Assembly: GCA_965222275.1 (NCBI GenBank)
Contig: OZ244941.1
Span: 1,079,184-1,143,183 of the forward strand
Length of the DNA stretch: 64,000 nt
Direction of reading: 5' to 3'
DNA from: Nitrospirales bacterium
GTDB taxonomy: Bacteria; Nitrospirota; Nitrospiria; Nitrospirales; UBA8639
The position numbers and the translations under genes are program-made. This document shows, in pieces, positions 17,115 to 29,100 of this stretch. How positions within the stretch are numbered: the first letter of the stretch is position 1; the number at the start of each line of letters is the position of its first letter. The notes beneath the pieces are model-generated. The model had not been told where the DNA came from. It worked only from the letters and a program-made list of their open reading frames with translations, and ran no database searches.

Positions 17115-20100
17115 CTACCGGGACGACAACATACCGGATCGGTTCGGTTCGAAGCCTTTCGTCCCGGCTTCGACACGCATGCCGCGCGATTTCCTGCCGG
17201 GCATATACCAGGCCCGCTTGACGTAGCAGTTCGGGCCGCGCGCTTTGATTGCCGCACAAAGGGCGGCGGCCGCTTTGCGTATGGAAAAGGCATTCGCGAC
17301 CACGACCCGCGAGAGGCCGCCTTTCTTCGGCGCGGCGATGGCCAGCATGGATTTGTCGTGACGGCGGAAGAGGCCCGACAGATCGCCGGCCAGTTTCGTC
17401 CTGGCCCTGACGGCGTTGGCATGACGCGAAAACGCCCCGAGCTGCACGAAATACCGCATGCTGCCAATCCGCTTTCGAGACTTCTCCGGTACCGAAGAAG
17501 ACGGCGCGGCAACGACCCGGTGCTTGGCTGCGAGCGGAGCGGGCGAGGCCGGTTGTTCCCGGGCCGTGGTCTCCGGAAGCAGGGCCGGCGGCGCAGTGGC
17601 AAACGTGTTGACGGCGGATCGGGACCGTACCGGTGCCGCCTGCGAAGGGGGCATACCGCTGGCCCCGCCAAACCCTAGTTGGACATGGAGGTTGACGCGA
17701 TGTTCCGGTCTGCCGAAGGGGTTCTCCATGCGCTCGCCAGCAAGCTCCACGCGCAGATCTCCTCCACGCGTTCTCGGCCGGTCGAAGACGAGGCTGACGC
17801 GCGACCGCGAGCGGCCTTCGTCCGTGAGATCCAGCCCGGTGAACGGCGTCACCGTGCCTCCCATTGATGGAACCCAAAAGCCGTAGCCCAGTTCCATGGC
17901 AAGGCGGCCGGTCGGATCGGCATTGTTGTTCGCCGCCAAGCCCGCCGTATCCTGCTGCGACCAGAGACGCTCCACCCCGCTCGATGCCGCCCCCCACGTC
18001 GGCGTCAGGGTCAGTGACAGGCCTTGGCCCGCGGTCCCCGGGTCCACCCGGACCGAGCCGCTGACCCCCCATTCCTCATAGTTGGTATCCTCGTGCGCGA
18101 GCAGTCCACGGGCGGCTCCTTCGACCGTCAGGCCCAGCCCCGGGTCTGCGTAGCGCACCCGCCCGCCCAGCTCCACGCCCAAGCCCGTCTCCGCGTCGCC
18201 CCAGTCATGCCGCAGTCCCAATTCCACCGAGGGCGCCAGCATCCGGCCCGCACTCAATTCAAACCCCCGGGAACCTTCCAGGATCAGCCGCAGCCGGTTC
18301 GCGTCCGCCTCCGCCGATTCCAATTTGCCGGCCCCGGTAGTCACCGCGTCCGAGGTCATCCGTGTCAGCATGGCTTCCGACCGCGCCGTCAGTTCGAAGC
18401 CGTCGTTCTCTCCTGCCGGCAGCAGCACGCCTCGACCCCCGAAGGCGCCCATGACCAGATCCGTATCGGTCTCGAGGGCGGCTTGGGCGTTGGCCTGCTC
18501 CAGGGTCAGATCGCCCCACCCGTACCCGAGCAGGCCCCACACGTCCAGCCGCTCGGTCATCTGATAGCGCAAATAGGGATGCACACTCGTCAGCGAGTTC
18601 TCCAACTCGCCCCGGTCCCCGGCTCCGGCCTGGGTCATGGTATACGAGCCGTCGCCCCGGCTGTGCGAGACCGAGAGTCCAGCCAGCCACCGGTCCCATT
18701 CGCCATCCACGCCCAGCGTGCCCGTCAGGACGTCGCCCTCCAAGGACAGGGTGCCATCCACCCCGTCGAACCGCGTGGCCGCCACGCGGCCCCAGGCCGT
18801 CCAGCGCGTGCCGGCCCGCCCGTCGTCGTCCGCGCCCAGGGTCAACCGGAAGGCACTCCCTACCAGGAGATCACGGCCAGTCAGGGTCCGGGAGGCGCCC
18901 GCGCGCCGCTCGGCCCACGGCCAGCCGTTCCCCGGCGCCGGCCCCCACCCGCCAGTGCCCGGCTCCGTGGAGCCCAGTGCCCCGACCCCCAGCGGCAGCC
19001 GGGTCTCTCCCAGCCCCGCCTCTGGCGTGCCCGCTGACCCGGATTCCAGCGACATCCTCCTCCCGCCGACCGTCACATACGAGCCCGGTGACCCCCGCAG
19101 CCGTTCCCCCACCGCATCCACCACGTGCGTCGCCACCGTGCGCCCGAACCGCGCCAACCACGCCTGCGGTAACGGATCGCTATTGACGATCGTGCCCACG
19201 GCCTCGGCGTCGGTCAGCGTCGCGCCCGTGGCGTTGCTGAGCCGCAGCGTGACCGTCTCCTCGCCCTCGTCATGCGCGTCATCCAGCACCGTCACCGCGA
19301 TGGTCTGCTCCGTCTCGCCGGGCGCAAAGGTCACCGTGCCGCTGGCCGCGGTGTAGTCCTCGCCCGCCGTGGCCGTGCCGTCTGCCGTGGCATAGGCCAC
19401 CGTCACCGGCGCGGGACTCGCCGGGCGCAACGTTACCGTGAACCCCAGCGTCGCGTCCGGGCCTTCGTCCACCCGCGCATCCGCGACCGCCAGCGCGTGC
19501 GGCTGCACCGTGAACGTCACGCTCCGGGCCACACTCGCCGTGCCCCCCAGGTCCCGCTCGGGGTAGGGCGAGGCCGTGACCGTGTACGTGCCCGCCGGGA
19601 ACGCTTGCCCACCCTTGTCCCCGAACAGCGCGTAGGGGACCAGATTCTCGGTCCGCGCCGAACTCTGTGTCCCCGTTAACTCCATCTTCACGCTCCAGAT
19701 CGCCGCGTTGGCCGACACCTCCGCCCGGATGTTGAGCCGGGCCGAGGCCTGGGCGGCCAGCACCATGCCCTCGGCCAGTGCAACGATGTCTGTCTGGCTG
19801 CCGCTGTCGAACAGCGTGAAGCCCGTGAGCGGGCTCGGGGGCGCCGCCGGCACCGGCGCGTGGTTGGCGATCGTGCCCACGGCTTCGGCGTCGGTCAGCG
19901 TCGCGCCCGTGGCGTTGCTGAGCCGCAGCGTGACCGTCTCCTCGCCCTCGTCATGCGCGTCATCCAGCACCGTCACCGCGATGGTCTGCTCCGTCTCGCC
20001 GGGCGCAAAGGTCACCGTGCCGCTGGCCGCGGTGTAGTCCTCGCCCGCCGTGGCCGTGCCGTCTGCCGTGGCATACGCCACCGTCACCGGATCAGCACTC

Positions 20101-23100
20101 GCCGGGCGTAGCGTCACCTGGAATTCCAGAACTGCATCGGCGGCTTCTCTCACCCGTGCGTCGGCGATCAAGAGCCGCGGCCGCGCCGGGTCCGTGCCCG
20201 CCACGACGCGGATCGTCCCGCCGTTCAGGGAGAGGCTGTTCGCCACCAGGCCCACTTGACCGGTGTCGCGGTCCGCCGTGGTCACCGTGTACGTGAACAT
20301 CAGCCGGGCCGTGCCCGTGCCGCTGGCATAGGTCGCCTGGCGTGCCGTGCCGCCCACCGTGATCCCGATCGACGGCGTCCCGTTCGTGGTGTCCACCGTG
20401 ACCGGCGTCTCGAACTGCACCGTCACCTCGATTTTCTCGCCCGGCGCGTACGCGCCGCCGCTCTCGGGCGACGACGTGATCGCCACGCTGCTGACCGTTG
20501 GGCCTGGGGCGCGGGCGCCCGATGGCTCAGCGTCCTGGCCCGCCGCCACCGTGAACGCCATGGTCCGCGTCGGCCCGGGTGTGCCGCCCAGGTTCGGCTC
20601 GGGATAGGGGGTGGCGGTGATCCGGTACCCTCCCACCGGGAAGGCCTGGCCGTCCTTGTCCCCGAACAGCGCGTAGGGAACAACGTCCGCGGTGCGTGCC
20701 GCTGTCTGCGCGCCCGTCAACTCCAGGCGCATGCTGCCGATCTGCTCGTCCGGTGCGATCTCGGCCCGGACGTTGAGCCGATCCAAGGACAGGCCTTCAA
20801 GCACTGTGCCATCGGCCAGCGCCCGGACGGCCTCCCCACTCGCGGGGTCGAACAGCGTGAAGCCCGTGACCGGACCACGCGCCGGCAGCGAGATGGTGAA
20901 CGGCTCCGACGCCGCGTTGGGGTTGCCCGCCACGTCCGTCGCGACACCGTCCGGCACCGTGATCGACATCGTACCGCTCACATCAGGATACAGCGTCACG
21001 TGGACCGTGTACTCGGTGCCGTACCCCGTGCCGTCGCTGAAGCTTGCCATGCGCGAAGCGTAGCCGTTGTCAATCACTAACTCCGACATGTCGAATCCCG
21101 ACGTCGGTTCGCTGAACGTTACCGCGATCGGGAACTCGCCCGACACCGGCGCCTCGGCCTCGCTCGTCACCTCCACCGTGGGCGCCAGAAGATCGGCGGC
21201 GATCCGCAGCGGCTGCGATGCCAGGTTGCCCGCGCCATCGCCGTCGCGTGCCGCCTCCGCCGGCACCGCGACCGTGACCGTGCCCTCGAAGCCCGCCGCC
21301 GGCTCGATCTCTGCCGTGTACGTCGCGCCGTCCACGCGCGCGAGCGTCTCGTCCGAGAGCGCGCCATTGCCGACCTCCACGTCCTCCCAGGTGAAGCCCG
21401 TCACTTCCCGGTTGAACGCGAACCTCGCCTCGAAGCGCTCGCGCACCGGACCCTCCGGGCCCGTGATCTCGACCGTCAATGCCTCGCGCGAGCGGGCCGA
21501 CGTCAGGAGCTGGACGCTCAGCGTCGCCGCCTTGTTGGCGATTTCCTTCTTCATCGCTTCGCCTGCCTTGACCGTCGCCATACCGGCGGCCACGCTCAAC
21601 ACCACCTCGGTGGCGCCCGAGTCCGGCGTGATCTCGAGGGTGTGTGCGGCGCCCTCGTAGCTGGTGCGGAGCGAGCTCCCCTTCGTGCCGCCCGTCACCG
21701 TGATGTCGTCCAGCGAGAAGCCGTCCACGGCGATCCCGCAGACCTCGCAACCCGGCTGGTGAAACGCAAACAGCACGTCGAAGGGCCCCCGGTCCACCGA
21801 ATCGTCTTCGTTTCTGTCCCAGGCGTGAACCACGATAGTCAGCGCCACCTCGTCCGCTTCGTCGTCCTCGATCGTGCCTGTCGCTTGCGCCCTGCCGAGG
21901 ACCGCCTGCTCCGCAGAGGTCAGCGTCACCTGGAAGACTTCGTCTTCTGGCCGCCAGTTCCTCTCGAACTCGTACAAGTCGTCCTGCAGAATCGGCACCT
22001 CGATCGTGCCGCTCATCTCCTTCGCCGCGATCATCAGCGTGTCGTTCATCGCCGTGTAGTCCGCCCCGGCGGTCGCGGTCCCGTCCGACGTCTCATACGC
22101 GACGCTCACCTCGAAGCTGCTCGCCGCCGACAGCGACACCGTGAACGACATGGATCCGTCGTCCTCCGAGGCCGTCGCGTCCTCGATGGAAACCTCCGGG
22201 GCCGGACTCAGGTCCGCGGTCACGGTTGCGGTCTCCGACGCCTGGTTCCCGTTGTCGGCGTTCGCGGCGTATTGCGCGACATCGGCGGCAACGCTCACCG
22301 AGACTTGGCCGGACGCGGCGGGCATGATCGTGGCGACGTACTCCCGCGCGTTGGTCGCAACGAAGGCGGTCACCGCGCCGTTCCCGACCGTGATGTCGCT
22401 GTCCACGAAGCCGGTCACGTCGTGGCTGAAGGCGACCCTCGCGTCGAAGGGACCGCCGACCGGCCCATCGGGCAGCACGACCGTCGTCGTCACCCGGACG
22501 CCGTAGACCTTGTGCCCCGCGTCGTCGGCGAAGCCCTTGTGGTCGAGCACCGCGCCGTTGCCGGCCGCGTCCCGGATCCTGCCGCCGTTCGGCCTCATGG
22601 GGTTGGCGGCGACGGACACGCCGTCGGTGTCGAGATCGCCGGCCACGACCACGTAGCGGAACTCCTCGCCGTCGAGGACATCGAAGACTTTCACCGTGCC
22701 GTGATGCGGCGCCTGCCGCGACTGGCCTCCCAGCATGAACTCGATGGAGGGGTTCCCCTCCACCACAACGTCCTCGCTGAACAGCGTCACGAACAAGATC
22801 GGGTCCCCCGCGGTGTAGATGCGGTCCTCGCCGATACCCGCCTCCGACCCCTCGGCGATGGACAGCGCGATGAGACTGGGGACGATGCCGTCCACCTTGT
22901 GTCCGGCCTGGCCGGCCTTCGCGGCGTACTCGCGTTCCGCGTCCGTCTCGGTGCCGCTCTTCTTGATGGTGGCGCCCGAGGGGAGCGTCAGCCCGTTCGC
23001 CGCGATGCCCGCGCCGTCGCTGTCCTCGTCGCCCGCCACCACCACGTACTCGAAGGTGAGCGTGGCCGTGCCGTGGCCGCCGGTATAAGTGGCCTGCCGG

Positions 23101-26100
23101 GTCGCGGCGCCGATCGTCAGGTCCACCGTGGGCGTCCCGGTGACGTCCACCGCCTCGCTGAACGCCACTTCCACCTCGATCACGTCGCTCAGTTTGTAAG
23201 TGTCGTTCTGCCCCGCGGCCGGCGTCGAGGTGAACGACACCTCCGAGACTGCCGGCACGGTGGCCGACGCCTCGGTCGGCGTGGCGGCGATCGGGTCGGA
23301 GGCCGGGCCGTCGCCTGCCGCGCTCTTCGCCCGCACTTCGAAGGTGTATTCGGCGCCGTTGGTCAGGCCGTCCACCGTCGCGGTAGCGCCCGCGCCCGCG
23401 TCCGTCCACCCGCCGAAGGCAGCGTCCCCGTCCGCCTTGTACCGGTAGTCGTAGCCGGTGACCGGCGAGGTGCCGGTCTGGGTGGGCGCGGTCCAGGTCA
23501 AGGTCACCTGGGCGTTGCCGGGGGCCGCCGACGAGATGACGGGTTTGCCGGGAAGCTCGTCGTCGTCGGTGACTGTCTGGAACGCCGACGCCGGCGTCCC
23601 CACGTTGACCGAGACCATGGAGTCGTCGCTGTTCAGGAACCCGGTCACGGCCGTGATCGAGACGGTGACCGTGCTGTCGAGCTCGTCCGCGGCGTCGCCC
23701 GCGGTGGGGAGCGACAGCACGTTCGCGCTCCCGCTCAGCACGTCGGTCCCGCTCAGCGCGGTGGCGGGGGCTTCGTAAGCCGAGGTGGTCGGGTTGTACT
23801 GGAAGCCGAAGCGCTTCGTCCCCTCGGTTGCCGCCTCCAGCATGTCCCCGCCCGTCTCGATCACCGACAGGGTCGCCGTGTAGCTCGTCGTGGCGGCGGG
23901 CAGCGGGTCCACCGTCAGGGTGAAGGCGAGCGCGGTCCCTTCGGTCACCGACGCCCCCGCCGCGATGCCTGCCGTCGCGATGATCGGAGGGGCCGCCGTG
24001 GTCCCGGTCCCGGAGTCGGACCAGGCGCCGTCCCCCTCGGCGTTCCTCGCCCGCACCTGCACGTCGTAGGCGGTGGAAGCGGTCAGCCCCGTGATCGTCG
24101 CGGTCGTCGCCGTGCCATCGTGCGTCCACGCGGCGAACGTGTCGCTACCGGTGCGGTACCGCACGTCGTAGTCCGTGATGTCCGGCCCCGTGTTCTCCGG
24201 CGCCGTCCAGGTCACCGCCAGGGTGGTCGAGGTCGTTCCCGAAAACGTCGGCGCGGCCGGCTTGCCCGGCGCCTCGGCCACGTCGGTCACCGTCACGGTG
24301 ATCGTCTGGTCGGTGGTCCTTTGCCGGTCCCCGGTCCCGCTGGTCGCCCGCACGATCACGATGTAGGCGCCGTCCCGGTCGGCGTCCCGGAGGTCCTCGA
24401 AGTTCGGCGCGCTGGCGAAAACCAGCTCCCGCGTGCTCGGATCGAACGTGAACTTCGACTGGTCGGCCCCCCCTTGGAGCGCGTAGCCCGTCACGTCGTC
24501 GCCGGTGTCGTCGTCGGTTGCCGCCACCGTGAGCACCGCCGTCGTGTTTTCCGCGACGCTCGGGTCGGCGGCGCTCGTGAAGGTCGGCGGGTTGTTCGCC
24601 ACCGGGGTGGCGGTAGTCTCGGCCGTCTCGCCCTTGCCGACGGCGTTGACCGCCCGCACCTGGAAGGTGTACTCGGTTCCGTTGGTGAGGCTGGAGATCT
24701 CCTTCTCGAACACGTTCCCGGCGTCCATCCAATCGGGGCTCCAGGTCGTCTTGCCGTCCGCGCTCACCCGGTACTCGTAGCTCGTGATCGCCGAACTGCC
24801 GGGGTCCGCCGGCGCCAGCCAGGTGAGCGTCACCTTGCCGTCGGCCGGGGCCGCGGTCAGCGCCGGCAGGCCCGGCGCCGAGTCGTCGTCGGTGATGGTC
24901 ACCGTGGCCGTGGCCGGGGCGCCCGCCGAGACCCCCGCCGGCAGGGTGGCGCCGAAGCCAAGCTCCACCGTCTCGTCCTCCTCGGCCGCGGTGTCCTCGG
25001 TGGTGGTGAAGGGGACCGTCTTCGAGATCTCGCCGCTCGCGAAGCTCACGCTCTCCGGCGCCGTGAACTCCGTCGCCTCCGCGCCGGTTCCGGGGGTCGC
25101 GGTGAGCGGAATCTCCACCGAGCGCTCGGGATCGGCGCTGAGCGTCACCGTGACCTCCACGTCCGCGCCCTCCGCCACGCGGTAGTCCGCCGCGCCGAAG
25201 CTCACCGTCACCACCGGGTCGTCGTCGTCGGTGATGGCCACCGTGGCGGCGGGGCGGGCGCCCTCCGTGACCGCGAACGGCAGCGTGCCGAAGCTCAGGG
25301 CCACCGTCTCGTCGTCGTCGTCCTCGGTGTCCCCGGTGGCGCCGAAGGTCAGGACCTTCGACATCTCGCCGGAGGCGAAGGTGACGGTGTCGGCCACCGT
25401 GTAGTCCGCGGCCGAGGCGCCGTCGCCCGGGGTGGCGACGATCGGAATCGTCACGCCGCGTTCGGGGTCGGCGCTCAGGGTCACGGTGACCTCCACGTCC
25501 GCGCCCTCCGTCACCGTGTAGTCCGCCGCGTCGAAGGTCACCGTGACCGTCGGCACCGATTGGTTCGTGACCGCCTGGTCCGTGAAATCCGCCGCCGGGT
25601 TGCCGGCGAGGTCCTGGAGGGCGCTCGCGCCCGACGGCGCGGTGTAGCTGATGGTGAGGGTGTCCTCGCGGGTGGTCGCGCGCGACAGGGTCAGGGTCAC
25701 GACCGTGCCGCTGACCGCGACGCCGCCGATCGTGGGGGTCGTCCCCGTGCCGGTGTACCCCAGCGCGAAGGCGGAGGCCGCCGGCGTGGCGCCGGAATTC
25801 AGCGCTTCATCCCAGGTCAGCACCAACTGATCGCCGCTCACCGTCGCGGTCCGGAGCGCCGGCGCCGCGCCGTCCACCTGCTGGCCGGACTGGCTCGCGA
25901 GCGCGTCGAGCGCCAGGTTCGCGTCCTGGGTGGTGCTGTCCTGCTTCCGGATCGTCCCGCCCGCGAGCTTGAGGGCGTTCGCCGAGACGCCGGCGCCGTC
26001 CCGGTCCACGTCGTCCGCCTGCACGGTGTAGGCGAAGGTCAGGGTGTCCGTGCCCGTGCCGCCGGTGTAGCCCGCCGCGGCGGTGTCCGAGCCGACCGTC

Positions 26101-29100
26101 AGGTCGAGAGTGGGGGTCCCGGTGACGTCCACCGGCTCGCTGAACTTCACCTCCAGCGTGATGGTGTCGGCGAGCTTGTAGGTACTGCTCTGGCCCGCCG
26201 GCGGGCTGGAGGTGAACGAGACGCCCGTCACCGAGGGGATCGTCGTCATGAGGGTCAACGCCTCGGAGGCCGGCCCCGGGCCCACCACGCTTTTCGCGCG
26301 CACCTCGAAGGTGTGGGCGACGCCGTTCGCGAGGCCCGTGACGGTGTAGGTGGTGACGTTGCCGACGTCGGTCCAGTCCGGCGGCCAGGTGGTCCCCCCG
26401 TCGGTGCTCCGGCGGTACTCGTAGCTGGTGATGCTCGAGGTCCCGGCGTCCGGCGCGGTCCAGTTCAGGGTCACCTGGGCGTCGCCCACGGTCCCGGACA
26501 GGACGGGCTTGCCCGGCGGCTCGTCGTTGTCGAGGATGGTGATGGTCAGGTCCGCCGGCGGTTCGACCTGGAAGGACCCGGCCGTGCGCTCGGTCTTGAT
26601 CCGGAAGGTCTCGTCCGGCTCGTCCTCGGTGTCCTCGAGGATCGCGATCGAGAGCGCCTGCTCCCGGACGTTCTGGTTCACGCTCGCGGTGTACCGATTC
26701 CCGTTGGCAGTGGGCGTGAAATCGCCGGTGCGGATGTAGATGATCTCGCTCAGCGCCGTGTAGTCCGCCCCCGCGCTCGCGTTGTCGGATTCCGTCCTGA
26801 TGCTGAAGGTGATGTCCCTGTCCGGGCGCACCGTGCCTGCGGTCGCCGCGGTGTAGGTGATGCCGATGTCGCCCTCGTCCTCGTCCACCGAGGCCCCGGG
26901 GTCGAGCTCGATGGTCACCATGATCCCCGCCACGTCGTTGTCGAGCAGCTCCAGGCTCGCCGACGCCGGCGTTCCGGCGCGGTAGTCCGCACGCGGGGTA
27001 ACGGTCACCTCGAGCCGGCCGTCGGGCTCGTCAATTTCGTCGTCATCGGTGGAGATGACGAGCGCCTTCTCGCTCTCGTCCGCCGCGAACGTCACCTGCC
27101 TCGCCAGGTCCGCGCCGCCCGCGAGGAAGCTCGTCGCCGTGATCTCCAGCCCCACCACCAGGTCCTTGGCCGCGTGGTTCGCGCGGGTGACGGTGAAGGT
27201 CGCTTCCCCGCCCTCGAAGAGCCGCGCCTGCGCGGTGGCCACGGTCACCACCGGCAGGTCGTCGTCGGTGATCGTCCCCGTGGCCCGCGCCCTGGCGAGG
27301 TTCGCGCCCGGACTGTCGCCGAGGGTGAGATCCACGTGGAACGATTCGCTGTCCTCCTGGATCTGGTCGCTCAGCAGCGCGACGCGGATCTCCTTGCTGG
27401 TTTCGCCCACGGCGAAGGTCAGCGCGCCCGAGCCCGCGGTGAAGTCGACGCCCACCGTCGCCGTGTCCGCGACGGTCGCCCAGCTCGCCTCCACCTGCCG
27501 CCCGCTCGCCGGGCTGAGCGTCACCGTGAACACCATCTCCCCGTCGGCCTCCCCGGCCGTCACGTCCGCGATCGAGAGCGCCGGCTCGGCGTCGTCGTCC
27601 ACGATGAGGCCGTCGGCGAACGGCGCCGCGGGCAGGCGGGCGTTCGAGGGCGAGTGGATGGTGAGCCGGAAGCGCTCGGTCGCCTCGTTGACGGTGTCTT
27701 CCACCGTCGCCACCGCAACGTCCTTGGAGGTCTCGCCGGGGTCGAAGGTCAGCGTTCCGGTGACGGCGGTGTAGTCCTCGCCGTCCACGGCGGCTTGAGC
27801 GGCCGTATCCGCCGGGCCGTCGCTCGTCCGGTACTGCACCGTGACGGTCTTCCCGCTCGCGGGGGTCAGGGTCACCTCGAAGGTGGCCGGATCGCCTTCC
27901 GGCGGGGACGCGCCCTGGACCCCGAGCAGGGGCGGGTCGTCGTTGTCGTCGATGAAGCCGGTGGCCTCGGGGTTCGGGAGGGTCGCGTTGACGGGGTTCG
28001 CGAGGCGGGCCAGGAACTGTTCCCGGTCCTCGTCGGAGTCGTCGTCCACTACGGGTACGGCGAACATCCGGCTGGTGGTCCCCGGCGCGAAGGTGAGGGT
28101 CCCGGCGATGTCTTCGAAGTCGATCTCCAGCGCGGCGCTCCAGCTCACGACGCTGTAGTCCACGGTTACCTCCCGGTCGCTCGCGGCGCTCAGGTTCACG
28201 GTGAACTCGACTTCCCCGGCGGTCTCGGAGCCGGTGGCGTTCACGAAGCTCAGGGCAGGCTCGGGGTCGTCGTCCTGGATGGTGATCGTCGCCTCCCGGG
28301 CGCCCACCAGGTAGGCGTTGCTGTCGTTGAGCGTGGCGGTGAGCGTGCCGTCGTCCTCGTCGCGGGTGTCGTCGTCGGTGGGGATCGTGATGAGCACGTG
28401 GTCGTCGTTCGCCTCGATGGAGAACTCCCTGGCGGGGCCGAGGTCCGAAGCCGGGTTCTTGACGTGCTTGCCGGTCGCGGCGATGGCCACGAAGAAGCTG
28501 TCGTGGACGCCCAGGTAGCCGGAGCGGGTCAGCTTGAAGACCGCGTCCGTTCCCTCGGGCACCGTTGCGTCAACGGCCTCGACGGAGACGGTCGGCCGGT
28601 CGTCGTCCTTGATGGTCCCGGTGGCGGTCGGGGGGGTCGGCAGCGTCGCGTGCGTGGCGCTGCTCAGCGTCATCGTGAAGGTCTCGGTGTCGGCTTCGTC
28701 CGCGGTGTCGGCCACCAGGGTGACCACGATCTGCTTGCTGGTCTCGCCGGGGTCGAAGGTGAGGGCGTCGCTCGCGGCGGTGTAGTCGGCGGGGGCCTCC
28801 GCCGTGCCGTCCGCGGTCGCGTAGCTGACGCTCACCGGGTAGTCGCTGGCGGCGCTCAACCCCACGGTGAAGGTGAGGGCGCCGGCGGACTCCTCGGCCT
28901 CCACGTCGCCGATGCTGAGCACCGGCGGGTCGTCGTTGTCGCGGATGGTGTAGGCGGCGGTCGCCCTGGCGCCGTCGATCCCGTACGAGTCATCCGTCGG
29001 GGCCACCAGGGTGGCGGTGACCGCGCCGTCCGGCTCGTCGGTGCTGTCCTCCGTGGTGACCTGCGAGCAGCCCACCGCGGAGGTCGTGGCGACGACTCGC

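Noticed and set aside
22093-24129. 678-aa minus-strand ORF, plus several 200-340-aa ORFs (17065-18072, 18024-19037, 20256-21080, 29329-30261) within the giant gene.
   Set aside because: They are alternative-frame or antisense ORFs inside a gene whose main frame shows clear modular domain structure. Their Arg/Gly/Pro-rich composition is a GC artefact.
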